Assembly (NCBI GenBank): GCA_965178125.1
Contig: OZ237735.1
Span: 1,736,001 to 1,800,000, forward strand
Source: Bilabrum cf. latius
Taxonomy: Eukaryota
Length of the DNA stretch: 64,000 nt
Reading direction: 5' to 3'
Shown here: positions 27,401 through 42,400 of the stretch, piece after piece
How positions within the stretch are numbered: position 1 is the stretch's first letter
Layout: each line of letters starts with the position of its first letter
Notes under the pieces: generated by a model
What the model saw: only the letters and a program-made list of their open reading frames with translations
Told to the model about the DNA's origin: nothing
The model's database searches: none
Position numbers and translations under genes: made by a program

Positions 27401-30400
27401 TTCTACACAATTTGCACGGCTTTTTGCGTGTTGTCATCGCAGTCGATGTTGGGGAGCCACCACAGCGTCTACAAGCGAGTGGGATGGGAGCTGGTAGTGT
27501 CCTCATGTTGCAAGCCAGACCCATAGGGAACTTGCTGCCCGCGAGCCTCACATGGGTACCCACTCAAACAGATCACCATCGAGTCATTGCTATTGATCAA
27601 GAGGATATCTTGCGAGAACACCTGGATTCCGAACTTGTTTGCACCTCTATGGGGTCTGAAGAGGCTTGTCACCCGGACGACTGCGAGTGCCTCTCGTTGG
27701 CGGCTTTGCCAATGCGATCTGCAGCAGCAGTACAGCCATCTGCCACAGGTAGGCTTGCGGTTGAATGTAAAGGTCTTGGGGTGGATTTGGAGTTTGTCTA
27801 GTAGGTATAGAACGCATGCAATGGTACTTGGCCATTCGTTCGGCCAATTCAGCACAATGACTCGAGCAACGGGACTTCGAGTAGAACAGCTCGGTCTGCA
27901 TCATCCACTGACATTGTAGAGGCTTCAACCGACGTTTCAATCTCCATCCTGCCAAGGCATAGACATAAATCCTTTACGTTCCATTGGCGATCTGGTACCG
28001 GCAATGAACAGACGGTTTTCCTAATTCTGTCAAGGCGAGTAGTCGTGGCTGGCTCGGTCCTATGCAGCACCGACTCGATCGCGGTTTCGAGGATGTAGTC
28101 TGCTGCAGCTATACAGACTGCCATTGCGGAGCAAGCTGCTGTGGTTGGATCACTGCAAGTGGTATAGATCGCGGGTTCGTCTGCCATGGAATTCAAGCTG
28201 TTGGATATGCATTCGCGGAGTGAGCAGCAGCAGCTCGGTGTCGGAATCTCAAGCGCATCAGTCGAGCCAGACGTCTGCCTGGTGGACGCGGCTGCTGGCG
28301 ATTTCCAGATTCTTGCAACTGGAATAGCTCCAACCAGTCTTGCCGAAGTCATCCTCCGAAACGACAACCAACCCGCGGCCAGGAGTCTGTCTTCTTCGAA
28401 CCATATCCATATCGTCTCGATACGATCGCCAAGACCGTAGCTTGAGGTACAAAGAGTGGTGCTAGCCTTCGAGAGCGCCAGGCCGCAAGTTGCTACGTTC
28501 TCTCTGACAAGCTCCGGAGCCCTCGGCGGATCGATTGAAGTTGGTGTGGCTGGCTCAGCATTCACAGTGGCCCTATCGTTGTCTTCCAGTGAGGTATCAA
28601 TTTCTGCTGGGCTGCGACGGGTAATATGGGCGGCCTTCAACGAGTCGAATCCTGGTCTATGTCGATCTGAACTAGATGGCTCATGGATTCGCGGCCATGT
28701 AAGGGTCGAATCGTCCGCTACATCTGAGACCTGGGTATGGACAGAGTACGGGCCGCATGCGGGTGACTGCGACCTCGGCTTGACTTGGCCGCGTGCTGCC
28801 ATTCAGATCACGTCATTGTCTGCATTGACTGGTACTGGTGCCTCGGCCTCCATAGCAGTGTAGACTGGTCTACGTGTTGTTCCTGGTGAGGTTGCTCTAA
28901 GCCTTGCAACCAACGGCAACGCATCTGCTCTCGCAGCGGCGGGTGCGCACCAGGCAGGAGCTGCCGGCGCGACAAAGCTTGCGCAAGCTGGCAACGCTTT
29001 TTAGGACGCCGCCAGAATGACTTTAGACCTAGCCACCAGTAGCCTGTCGTACATTGCCCACCAACTGGAATCGATCACGCTCGATGCTGGTGCTGGTGAG
29101 TCTGTAGTTCGGGTGCAACTGGCGTCTGGAAATGCGGCAGTTTATTCAGCAGCAACAGCCGGTCTCCAGCTTCCGGCCGGGGTGAATTATAGCGTGATTG
29201 TTGCAGACGTGGCCTTCATCGGATCTGCTGGGGCCGTGCCCTTAATCTCGGTTAATGCCACTGCTTCATCGAATGTTACGGTTGCTTCTGCAAGGATCCG
29301 CCCGGGAGTCCTGCCGATGCTTACCAGCCCTCACGCTCTTCCTGACGGTCCACAGTTTGGCAGTGGCCGCTATGCTGGAAGCAGCTGGAATGCGACCGTC
29401 GCATCAGTTGCTGTGCCACTTTCGATTAGAATGACTGGATGGGCGAGCTCGGTTTTGCAGCATGTACCTGAATTTGGCAGAAACGCGTCTGGGTCGACTG
29501 CAGCGCTTGACATGTTGGCGATGCGCTTATCTGACCAAGGGGTTGGGCGTCCAGAGTTCCAGTCCAGCTGTTTGGGCCTGTCAAGCTCTGGTGCGTGTTT
29601 CCGAGGGGATATGTTGATCCCCACCAGCCAAGCGCAGCTACGATCAGAACTCGAGATCATTGCTGGGATGAAGGGGCTAGCAGTTATTGGTGGGCAACGC
29701 ACGGCTGCCAGCATCATCTTCGATGCTCTTGGAAGCCCGGAGACGCAGTCAACGGTTTCAGTGAGAGCATCCGCGATGTCGCTTCTGCTGAATACCAGCT
29801 CCGCCGCGCTCGCTATTGTTACAGAGGCTGACTACCAAAGCGGTTTACCGGTTTCCTTGATAGACTTTGATGTTGTCGAGTATGCGATAATTTGGCCATC
29901 TCCTATCGGTGTGGTGGAGCTATCGGGGAATGCAAGTAGCGCAGCGTCATCAAGCTGGGATCAAGCTTTTGAAACTGACGCGTGCGGAGGCGGGGAATTG
30001 CGTGTAGCAGGTTGTACTGCTACTGTTGCAGTTCGCATCGTACAGAATAGCACTTTTGAACCTGTGGCTGGAAATTTGTCGATCACGGGCCCATGGGATG
30101 AAGGCGTTGCTCCCAACGTGTCTGTTTTTGCCACCGTTACAGAGGTGCTCGCCGCAGTGGAGGAGGCTGCCTCACTTCTGCCCGGGCAGGTGCATCCACA
30201 GCTTGCAGCAGCAGGCAGCGTTGCGTTCTTTGATGTCGAAAACGCGGTGCGGTCCGCTGAGCTCGTCCACTCGGTCGAATTGCCTGTTGCTCCAAGGCTC
30301 ATTGGCGGCAATGAGTCTATTTGGCCGACTGCTGCGATGCATGATTTGCTGGTTGCCAATGGAAGCTCTTTGCCGGTTCTTGTCGAGGCGAGCGCCAGGG

Positions 30401-33400
30401 TTGCTGTTGACGGCGGGATCTTTGGATGCAGAGCGCTTGATGGTATCTAGCTTCGGTTTCGCATGTTTGGTGCCAATGAGATTCTGAGGATCTCACCGGT
30501 TGGACATGTAGCTGAAAATAGCATCGACTGGGGCGTTGCACAATCACCTTTTGTGCGGCATCACGGGCTGCGGAGGTCAGTAGAAATGCATGTTGCCCAG
30601 CCAGTGCCGGACTGGATGCCCGCTTCTGTCCGTGCCATTTCGCATGGCATCATTCGATTCGATGCTTCTGCAGTACCGACACTCCAAATTGGAAGCATAT
30701 CTCCCGATCGAGTTGAAGACCGCGCGAGCACCCACGTCCAAGCAGCCGTCGGGCCGTACGATCCTGCTGCGTCTCAAGATGGCTTTTCACTGGCAGCTTG
30801 GCTGGCAACTACGAGGAGTTATCGATCATCTATTCTGGCAGCGACTGCCAATGTGAGCCAAAGCTGTATTGAGGTCCCGGCTTCGTGCAAGGCCGAGATT
30901 GCAGTCGGGCGCCGTCTCCTGGAGGCTGGTCGAAGCCTTGGTACGTTGTACTATGCTTGGCATTCTATGGAGTCCGAATCCGTACGTCTTGCAGTTGACA
31001 AGGGGACTATGATTAGTGCCATGGGAACACAACGTCGTGGATTGAGATTCGTTGAAGCCACATTGCGGCCATGTGCTGATGGTATCGCGTGCAACGTCGG
31101 CAAGGAATCTACAGTGCAATTGGTCGTATCAGATGCTATTGGCTAGCTTGTCGGATCGCCCTCTGATGCTGCACTGGTCACAGTCGGTGGAGGGGCGGAT
31201 AGTATTGTCACTGGGAGGGCTCTCTCCGACATCCCAAGCGTGCTACCCGTTGTGTGGAGCACCGACGGAGACTTCGTGGCTGCTATCAAGTTGCCTTATC
31301 GGTTCACTACCCGGGCACCAGAGCGAGTTGTGGTAAACATTTCAACGCTCGCTGGTAGCGTCATTGCTACAGCAGTTGTTCAGCCGGAACTAGCAGCCAT
31401 ACAGCTGTGGGACTCAATCGCGCGCTTACGGGGTGGTGCACCTGTCTACCTGCCTGGTCCGCTGTAGTGCCCAGCGATGGCTGAGCCACTTCTGTATGTT
31501 TCGCCAGAAGAGTTTGAGCAGACAATGTAGTCTGCGAGCGCGAAGTGTCCTAGGCTCGGGGTCCACTTGCCGGAAGCATCGGTGGCTTTAGTTGCTGTCC
31601 CCAGCCTGCGAGGGCTTGTAGCAAGACAATCATCGGCGCAAAGGCTCAAGGTCTCCATTGATGTCATGATGAATGCCATGCAGTCTCGCTCCATTACAAA
31701 AACGACTGTTCCTGTGTAGGCTGCCACTTTACCGCTCCGAGTCGCTGCCAGTGAGCTCGAGCTGCCTGGTTCAGTCGTTGTGCGTGGAGGTCCCTTTGAA
31801 GATGGCGACGGCATCGTCTGCCGGATCGGCGACACTGATATTGTCGGCAATCTTGTTGACGACGAAACAGCAATGTGCGCCCTGACTGATGCTGTTGAGC
31901 AGCATGAGGTTCAGCGAGTTACTTTTAGGGCTGTGTTGCAGTCGCCACTTGGCGTACTACAGGATATATTGTCTGATTCTGATTCAATCCCAAGCAATGG
32001 ATGGGATGTTGCCAATGCTTTAGTCGATAGCGCGTTCAACAGCAGTCAGTTGAATTCACGGAGTGCTGTTCTTGTTGCTGTGGATTGGCCTGCTTCAATT
32101 CGTTGCAGGGTGCAAGACTCGAACGTTGTGCAAGCTTTCGCTGCACTGGGTGTCGACGAGGTTTACGACAGCATTGGATTTAGACTCCCAGGCTGGCTGG
32201 CGAGCGCCATCATGAGTACACCCTTCGATGCAAAGCTTGGACTGCACCGCCAGGCAGTCCTGTCTGATGCTGGATATACGGTTGCTACTTCTGTGCTACA
32301 GCGCATCTACAACGGCTCTGCCTTCCATGCCGGTGCCGAAGCAGCGCTGTACGACCATGTCACAATTGGTGCAGCGTTTTGGCTCCAATGGGAGCTGCAG
32401 CGCGCACTTGGCAACTCCACAGTGGAACAGTGTGCATCCCTTGGCTGTGGTATCAACTCTACGGTGCCAGTTCTTACCATGCGGAACGCCTCCTCTGTAG
32501 CAGTGATGGCAGTGCCTACCACGGAAGCAGAGGCTTCGTTCGCACCATGGCTAGTGAGGCCTATGGAACCAGTCAGGGACGAAGCAGGGACGTTGTTGCT
32601 GTCAGTTCTTGACAAGTTAGATACTGTTGAGAGCCTCGGAAGGAGCATAGCCACTGGCTAGCCGTGTCCGGTGCTCAACCGTACCGCTATGCTGGGTGAA
32701 GCACTTAGCAATGTCACGGTGACTGGACCGCGTTACGCGGCAGTGCTCAATCTGACCCAGCTAGATTCTGCGAGCTTGCAGCTCGCAGTTGAAGCTTTGG
32801 ATGGATTAGCAGGGACCCTAGTGCACGAAGTTCCTGTTTGGGCTACCGGATCGTCTACTTTGCACGGTGATGTGAATGACGCGGCCGGCTCCTTCCATGC
32901 AGCTGCAGCCGCCATGGGGCTTCAGAACGTGAAGGGCACCGACAAAAGCAGATGGCTGTCTGTTGTCCCGCGCAGTGGTGTATGTCCTTTGCGCGCTAAA
33001 CTTGACAGTTTCCTGCGAAACTCTAGCTGTGTTGCGGCTGGCACCGATCGCAATTCAACCGAAGCCATGCTGGCTCTACTGAGCGGCGTTCTCAGTGATG
33101 AAACGATTGAAGCAATCAGAGCAGACAGCTCCATTCAACTGGAACGTAGCTTTGATCTGTATGTATCTGGTAAGCGAAATGCCAAGAGCCCACAATCCGG
33201 ATGTGGCGACTTGCCGAATTTGCACGTGTAGTTAGCAAGTCCTGGCGAGATGCTCACGGCGCTTGTGCTGTCGCGATACGCAGGGGTAGATGTGCCGCAA
33301 TACGGCCCTGTATAGCTGTCTTCAGTCCTGGAGCTGCAACCTGGTGCGTGCCCTCGAAATGGCGGCCCTCTTCGGGTAGAACTCTCGACTGATGGCGGTT

Positions 33401-36400
33401 TCAATTTCCAATCGGTAGCTGTCAGTCGAAGCATGGACCTTGTACCTGATTCTGCATGGCCAGCCCATTTGCTACCGTCCAGCATCGCAGCTAGTACTGT
33501 ATCACCTGGTGCCGGACAGCGTCTCGCTTCAACGCGCATCGAAGTTGCCGCACCCGTGGCCAACACGCTCATCCGCTCACCAGCTGGCGCTTGGAGGACT
33601 GACAGTGCGCTTGGAGCAGATGGGAGAAACAACACCTTGTTTTGTCCGTTCAGTACTTCAGGTTCAAACTACTCAAACTGTGTTTCGGCTGTGCACATGG
33701 CAGGAGCATGGATCGGGGAGGTTAGTCCGAAGCTTCCTTATGTGGATACGTCTGCTTGGCTACGAACACTTTCGTCTGGGGTATTGCCTCCCACAAGAGA
33801 CGCCAGCATCGCATTCCAAGGTGGGGTTTATCAAGCACGTGACCTGTTTTTACGCTGCAAATTTACTTCAGTCGGAAGTCATGACCTGGTGCTCCAAGCT
33901 CAATCGCCAGAAGTTGTCTCCTCTGATGTCTCTCTTTGCATTGTTCCCTCCGGAAGCTTGGAAGACGAAGTGAGTGTGCAGCTGCGCCCTGTGTTGTCTT
34001 CGAGGCTGAGTATTTATGCCATGAACACTGATGCGGCCGGTACTGGTGCCGTCTTCAGTTACCAGGATGCAGCGACTCTCCAAAGTGTTGTTCCATCCAT
34101 CGTGGAGGCATGGGCAAGTGACACCTTAGTTGTTGTAGATGGCAATGGTTTTATCCCGTCTGAGCGTCTGGCCTGCGTGATTCGGTCACGCTCGGATTCA
34201 CTCAGCTCAGTTGACCTGCTACGCCAAGGCATGCAACTGCGTATGCTTGGTAGTGCCGAGCAGTCTGCGAACGGAACAGCAACAGAAGCAACTGCGTCAT
34301 CGACGCGCATTGTGCTGCTACCACTAGCCAACGGAACCTAGGTACCAGTTTCTGTACCTGAACTGGATGCTGGAAGTGAGCAGGAGGCATCCGAGTTCTA
34401 TGAGTACTTTGGGCTCGTGGGATACACTGAACAGCAGTTCGCTGCTAATTTCGGCAATTTCACAGTTCACATAGATGCAGTCATCGCAGACCCCTGGTTT
34501 GCATCGTAGCTTGGAGCTCGACCACAAGGTGCCATTATGGCTCGCGCTGAGTATATTTCAGCATCGACGGTTGGATGCGTACTGCCAGCGTTGCCCCCCG
34601 GGCCATTTTCAATTGCCATTTCAAACGACGGTCGCTTCTCGACAGACACTGACGCTCATGGAATCGCTCTAGAGCATGGGGAATCGCTACAGATTACGGT
34701 GGCAGCGGCTCCGAGGATCGATTCGACCGACGAGGTGCTCGTTGGCTCGTCAGGCGGCACAGTCATCACAGTTCGTGGCCGCAACTTCTTGAACACAAGC
34801 ACATTGGCGTGCAACTTCAATCGAATTGCAGTTCCAGCTGTGTTTGTTGATTCAGAGACGTTGCTGTGCGAGTCTCCGCCTCAGCCTGCTATTCAGAGGT
34901 TTGGCTTCTCCGATGAAACGCCAGACGTACGCCCTGGTGATCTTGGGGCTGTCGATAGCGTTAGTGGCCGATCTCTTGGCGACGCAGTGGGTTCTGTTGC
35001 CGCCAGATTGAACGATCCTCTCTACAGAAATGCACCGTCTTTCGAGGACGATATTGACTAGGTTCTCAATGCAAGCACGATCGCTAGAAGCATCCTTTCG
35101 AACGCTTCGGCATCCATAGAAGGTGTAAATCCAACAGACTTTGAGGAGGTCAGAGAAGCGATGGTTGCACTGGGGCCACTTCTTAACCTCACGATCGCCA
35201 CAGTGCCAGAGGGACCAAGGGCGAGGTGGCTGTACCTAGCCGAACTGCGGCACGAGCACGTCGATCCATACTCACTTACTGATCTCGTCGCCCCGGAAAC
35301 AGCGCAGTAGGAGCCCGTGCTTGCGCTCCCAGTAAACTTTGAAGTGTCCAACGATGGATTGCAATTCACATCAAGCGGACGATCGATCATTTACGTGCCA
35401 GAATTGAGCGTGTCCGGAGTGCAACCTGCCGCAGTCCTAGCGGATGGCGGCCCCGTACCTCTTCTGGTGAGCGGATCCAACTTCATCAATACGACGTCAC
35501 TTCGATGTGCGATTGGGACAACTGTGGTGCGTGCACAGTACATTAGTAGCACGATAGTGCTTTGCCTGATCCCTACTCGGGGCGGTCTGGCGCCGACAAT
35601 AAATTAGCTCAAGATTTCTGCGGGTAGTGCATCTGCGTTTCGTCCAGAGTCTGTTGTCACTGGTTACCACCAGACTACAGTTACACCGGACGCCGTAGAG
35701 CAAGATCATGGCGGTCTTGGTGCATGCTCTGGATCCATATCGCAGGCCACGAATGCCTCGGCACCGTATGGAGACTTTATTGCTTGCCGGGAAGTACAGC
35801 AGTTCTTCGCTGCTGGATCCCCGAATTCTATGTAGCTTGTGCGAGTAACAGTGAATGGACAGGACTTTGCTGGCGGACAAGAGAGTCATTCTCATGTCTA
35901 TCTATAGATCAAAGGCCTTTGTCCCCCAGGCAGCTACTGTCCTGGCGCCGGTCGCTAGACCGATGCCAAGCCAGACGCCGCCACAGCCGGCGACCTACAG
36001 CTACCGTGCCCTGCTGGCACCTACTGCCCTGGCGCAGGGAGGAGCAATTTCACCTTGTGCCCCCAGGGCACGTACCAGCCAATGACTGGTCAAACCGATT
36101 GCTTACGGTGCCCCGTTGGTCACATCTGCCCCGACCGTGGGATGATGGCCCCCCGCCTCTGTCCTGCTGGCTTTGTGTGCGAGGTTTCTGGGCTGGAGCG
36201 CGCGGAGCAGCCGTGTCCAGAAGGTCATTACTGTTTTGAAGGCACTGCAACGTCGGACACAACCTGTGGAGCTGGAACTGATTCCAGCCTGGACAGTCAG
36301 ATGAGCTTATCGCTGAGCCATGCAGAGATGACAACAACGATGCGCCCTGGACGGTAGGCTGACGGACACCGCCTCGTGGCTGGCGCTCGCAACTCGCAGT

Positions 36401-39400
36401 GCTTTGACAACTCAACGGATGACTTCGGCATACAAACATCTATGTTCCCCGCGCGGTACTGGCAGGAAGCTCACTAGCTGCCGCTGTCTCCGGACTCTGA
36501 GTTCTAGGCAATTCGCGGTCGCTACTGTCTTGACGATCAGTGTGCTAGACTTGCTGATTTAGATGACGTTTCATTGACCGATCCATTTTTCAGCCACAGG
36601 TCCGCAGGGGTGAGTATGCGGCGGCCGCGCCCGTGCCCCCCAGGAGTACACTGTCGGGCAGGAACTGCATCGCCTGTGGTACCAGCTCACTTGGACTTTG
36701 CCATAGTGCCTGGATCTGGCGAAAATGGTAGCGCAGCGCAGCCATGCCTGCCAGCTGCTTACTGCCCGGAGGGGTCGGCAACTCCGAGAGGCGTCGACCA
36801 ATGTTAGCCAGGCTTTTTCTGTCCCGGATGGTGGGGTACCGAAAGGCCTGCAACAGCGCAGGTGTCCGATTCAAATTCAACCAACTCCACCTCATCGAAC
36901 TCAACTAGTTCTAGCCCAGGTTACGTGCCGGCTAGCACGACCGATGGGGCACAGATAAGAGAGTTGACGGATTACTCAAGCGGGCGTATTCCATGTCCAG
37001 TGGGCACAAAGTGCCCTCGATCTGGATTGACGGAGCCAGTACCGTGCGAACCTGGTACTTTCAATGGCATGATCGGACAGCTGGAGTGTTCGACCTGTCC
37101 ACGCGGGTACATTTGTCCCGGGTTTGGACGCATCGACCCGGCAATTTGCCCTCCTGGATACATCTGTTCGGATGAAGGACTAGCAACTCCGAACCTGGTG
37201 TGCCCAGTTGGATTCTACTGTAACAATGGTACAATAACTGGAGATCCGTTCCGCAACGACACTTCTCTGCGCCCGTATCCGTGCAGGCCCGGATCGTGGT
37301 GCCCAAGAGGCGTTGGTTTCGATTTGGTTCGCGTGGGAGATCCGCTGTATGCCCAGAATTGTACTGCAGGTTTCTACTGCGAAGCTGGCTCCACCAGCCC
37401 GACGGGTTCTGGTATTTGTCCTCCGGGTTTCTTCTGCCCAGCAGGCACAGCTACTCCGATTCCAACTCCGCCAGGCTTCTTTGCTGAGAACGAGGGTACT
37501 ATCCAGCCTGCCAGGTGTCTGCCTGGCACATATGCACCAACGATTCAAACGGTGACTTGCATCCCATGCCCTCCTGGTACTTCCTGCGAGGCTGAGGGTA
37601 CGATCGAGCCAGACGTTTGCCCACCTGGGTCGTACCAGGGTGCCGTCGATACCGACGCACCGGTTTGCCAGTCGTGCCCTCAAGGCACTTGGTCGAAGCA
37701 ATGGGGACTTCGCGACTCAACAGAATGCATCCGATGTGCGCCTGGTACTGTGTGCCCTGTCTTGGGCATGTTTGCACCTTGCACTCCGGTTGACCTGCCC
37801 CAGCCGTATATTGCGTTGAACGACGGGAGCTCGTACGAGGAGTGTCTTGAAAGGAACCTTCGAGATGGAGAAGATGGCGGGGGGGAGATCCTTCGCCGAT
37901 CCCAGGAGTTCTTCTGGGGCTACCCCACAAACGTAACTTGGACCACAGACGAGCCAGTGCCGACAATTGTGGAGGTGGCGGAGGATGCCGGTGGAGAGTG
38001 CTTCTAGAATTCGTAGCCGTTCGGTTCAGTCATCTATCAGCGCATGAAGGACTACCATGGTGCTCTGTATTTCATGCAGATAGGTGAGCTATACCAAGGG
38101 TATGGAGACCCCAACCAGTACAACGGCTTCTTCGGAGAGGGTGCGGGTCCAATCCGACTGCCGGTTCCCAATGGGGGTCTCTACTACCCGCCTCGGAACT
38201 GCACCTCTGGATTCTTCTATCGTGGCGAGTGGTTCCCTGGGTCGTGCGAAGCGGACCTTATCTGTGATGTTCCGGATGCGATCACTATCTAGACGGAGTC
38301 CTCTCCGTGTCCTGAGGGATTCGTGTGTCCAGAGGCCACTGAGGAGTCGGACACCAGCGGCTCACCTTGTCCTGCGGGATACTCGTGCGATGTCGGCACC
38401 ACGCCAGATGTCAGTTTGTTTGCACCACGAGGTACCTACAGCAACTTGTGCCCTGCCGGCTATGTCTGTTAGCAAGGGACTCCGTTTACCGGTCGATTCC
38501 AGCTTTAGTGCCCGCAGAACTATTTCTGCCCGACCGGGACCGCACTGCCGTAGCTTGGGTACATGGCAAACGATGCAATCAACAGAGATCTCAATTCAAG
38601 CGCTGCAGATCCATTTGCTCCAATTCTGCAATGCGGCGTACAGCTACCGGGCGAGCGGCTGCCGCGGTGCATATCAACGCATGACCAACGATGCTTCGAT
38701 GGGATCAGTGAGGAGGTCAAGCAGCAGACTGTCATTCGTCTCTTCGATGGGGAGGAGGAACGAGGGCTGGATGGCGATCCAGAGGCTGACCTTGGACCTG
38801 TAAACGCTGCAGATGTCTCCAATCTATTGTGCGCGCGAGACCACAAGTGGCGGTTAGTTCGGGCTGCCCAAGAGCGCCGCGTGTGCTTTTGTGCGGAGCA
38901 GTACCGCCTCGCACACGAAGTCTATCGCCTTTGGAAATGCACTGGTGAGAGCGGTCAAGCCCCGTCGCCGTCCATCGTTGAGGCGCAGGCTCAAGCAGAT
39001 GCATCTGGCGGCACCGCGTCGCAGACAATCGCGCAGACACAGCGCTTGCAATGCAGGTTCGTCGGCCCGGATCCTTCCACCGCCTTGGATGCCGATGTGT
39101 GGGATCACAGTGCTCCGAATGGAACGAACTCCCGATATGCGGACATCAATGGCCAGTCTGTTGGAAGATGGGACGGAGTTGCGCTAGAGTGGTTCTTGCA
39201 CGGAGATGCTGTCATGCTTCCGTTGCCTGGTGATTCCCCCCACTACTTCCGCTAGCAGTGCAGGTCCGAACCCGTGCGAAACTGCACCCTGACCTCGGGC
39301 GCGGAGGCGAGGCTGGGTGGGGTCTCATGGAGCAATGCAGGAAGAGCATGTCCGCAGTTCTGCTCTTTTATGGAGCTCAAGCGTTACATTGACCCACTGT

Positions 39401-42400
39401 TTGAGCCCTTGGCGCAGGCGAAGCTGGCCGGTGAGATCGAAAGAATCGACAGGTTTTTCTATGATATCAAGTACGTTGTGGACCTAATTGACACGTATGA
39501 TCTTGTTCGAACGTCGACAGAGGCTGTTGAGCAGGCTACGAATCTCATTGCTGAAGTGGACAGCGATGCTGCGATTGACTCGGGCGTCGTTACAACAACA
39601 AACTTGGTAACTGCTGCGGACGTGAACGTTCTGACTCTGCAGCTCACTGACAACGAGCAATATGCGGTCGGAGACAGGCTACCAGAACTGGTACGCTTGG
39701 TTGAGCCGGTCGGTGGATTCCAAAGCGCCCTAAATGCTCTTGTTGATGATGCCAGGCAGGTGGCAGCTAGCGGAGCCCCACTAGAGACTGTCCGAGCTGC
39801 GGAACTGGAGGTCGCGATTGCCATCGAAAGTCCCTCGACTCTGTGGAAACCGGCACGTCTGGACGTATGCGGATGTGAGGACCTCCTGCGCTGCCCGAAT
39901 GGAACGTTCAGTGGGACCAGGGCAGAGAGTATTGAGTCTTGCATGACGGATACTGCAGAGCCCGAAATCCTGCAGAGATCCATGCCTGTCCCTCGTACGA
40001 ACCAGTGGATATCGGACCCCGACGAGCTGGCCGAACTGACTGATCCAGAGTCACCCATCAGTGGTGTTGGCAAGCTGAGGCTTCTCGGTATGGAGACTGC
40101 GGTTGTCACTTTCAATTTGACCTCCCTAGCTGCTAACATGACCTACTTTGAGCATTACAGGCTCAGTGCTTACGTGGATTGCACCCCATGTCCCCCGCGG
40201 TACGGCTGCGACACTGGGACTACTCCACCAACCTGCTCAGCCTCCGCAGAGCAGCAGGCATCGGATGGCTATGACTGTGAGGCCTGTTGTCTGTGCTAGC
40301 GCAAGGTACTGCCTAGGTGGTTTGAGGTCTACGATGAGGCTCTGCAAGTGCTTGTGAGCAACAATATCGCCGGGGACGACCCCTAGGATGAATTCTGGCC
40401 TTATCCGGACAACAAGCACACAGTGTGGCAGATTGAACTCAAAGCGCTCCGCTCTATTGAGGTACTGCTCGTCTTTGAGCTGTTGCACGGCAGGTACTAT
40501 CCAGAATTCACCACTGAGCTTGTCAATGTAGCAGATGTGGTGGTTTAGACGCCGTCCCGAGCGGTTAACTTCCGGGAGGCATACCAGAAGGATGATCTTG
40601 CAGCTATTTTTTCGGACGTATGGGACGTGGTTGCGTCCGACTATGAGGATCCGCTTGGTCCAGGGAGCGCGGACGCGATTGACTAGCCTGCACCAGAGGC
40701 CTCTAATGTAGCGACAGGTACATCAAGCCTCTTGAGTGACGCCGCTGCATCTATCGCAGCTCGCCGTGTCTTGTAGGGCGCTGTGGAGGATTCAACGACT
40801 TCAGGGTCAGTCCAGCAGATCCTGCCTTGGGACTAGCCAGACAAGAATGGTCGATTTTCTAGGGGTGGCTTTAGGTTGGGTGACACGTTCCTTGGCACCA
40901 CGGCAGTATTTGCCAGACCCGATGATCCTCGGGGTGAAATCTTCCCACCGAGGTTCTCGTTTTTGGCCCTGCTGGACAGGAGCGATTTTGATACGGATGC
41001 TGAAGATTCTGCCAGTGCGCTGGCGCTCCCATTGAACCTGCCTGAGTCACTGTAGAAGCTGCCTGGCGGTCCCCGCAGTGGCTATGCTCGATTCATTGAG
41101 AATGACATGTTCATTGGACGGAATGCCGAGTGGTCTGACGGCGATCCTGGGTACGTCTTGAGACATAATGGCAGCCGATCTGCACTTGAGGCGGCTGCTT
41201 TGTCGGAGAGCCTGCAGGAGTCAAGTCGAGAGGCGCAGGCTGCGGGTCTCCTGGACATTGTTCCCGATGCTGGCGACTGTGAACAACGCGGATAGACGCG
41301 GCGGCCAGCCCGAGATGTCGTGATCGATAGCCTCAGCACAGTTGAGAATGAGCTCACCTGGTTTGACAATGCCGACTCTCTGGAGACAGACGGTTCCATC
41401 GACATCTTGTCGCTGCCATACCTGCCATTCTTCTCCAACTGTGAGTTGGGAGACTCGCAGATGTACATTGCTCGACTTATGGAAGGGCATCCCGACTGTT
41501 CTCTGGTCCATGCAGATGACACGAAGCCGGTGCGGCCATATCCGTTTGATCTTGACCTGGACCCAACTGCAGACACCTGCAGCGTGAATGGGCGCTCGCT
41601 GTGCCCATTGGAGCGAAACGGGGGTCCATCAACAAGGCAGTACGGCGCGCAGGTGCACTGCTACTACGAAGAGAACATTTTTGAGCCGGGATTACGCCGG
41701 CGGTGGTATGAACTGTCAGCGGACGAAGTGATGTTCTATTTGACCAAGCAACCTGTGAGCTACTAGGAGTTTCGACCAACCGCGACGCAGCGGTGGGGCA
41801 GGGCGAACTCCATCGCCAGTCTGCTCGGTACTGATGACCTCGTTGAAGTATCAATTGATCCTCTCATGCCTGGCTCTGAACTGCTGGTTCCTCGACGAGT
41901 CAACCTGGACCTAGAATTTTTCCAGGAAAATGCTGCACGAAAGCGAATAGTGCGGGCAACCGTGGGCTTTGAGCAGTTTTGCTCCATCAGCGATCGCGAT
42001 TCTGATCTCAATAGGCTAGCGAGACTGAATCCCCCCATCCTGCCATGCACCGTGGCAACAATCGAGGCAGAAACCAACGGTACGGGTAACGGTATCTAGA
42101 GCGATGCATCCGCCGTCTTTGGCTTTGATGTGCAGACTGCAACTAGTGGTGGAATACCAACGACATACAATGACAGGAACTACACGCTGGAGGTCAGAGT
42201 GATCGCGCTTTCGTACCTAGACCTTCTCAATCTGTTCGAGTTTGACGCAGACGTGTACGTTGTGTTCTTCTTGCTCATGTGTTTTGTTGTTGTCATGGGT
42301 GGCGTCTCCATATACCTGTGCTTCCGCTGCGCCACCAGATTGCCCTACGTGCCCCCGTTGCGATTCTTCGATTTGCTGTACGTGATGTCGCCCGCTCCCA

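Noticed and set aside
40762-40776. RRVLQ (and GRRLLE near 30907) as proprotein cleavage sites
   Set aside because: Short motifs that are expected by chance in 14,000 aa; no further support.
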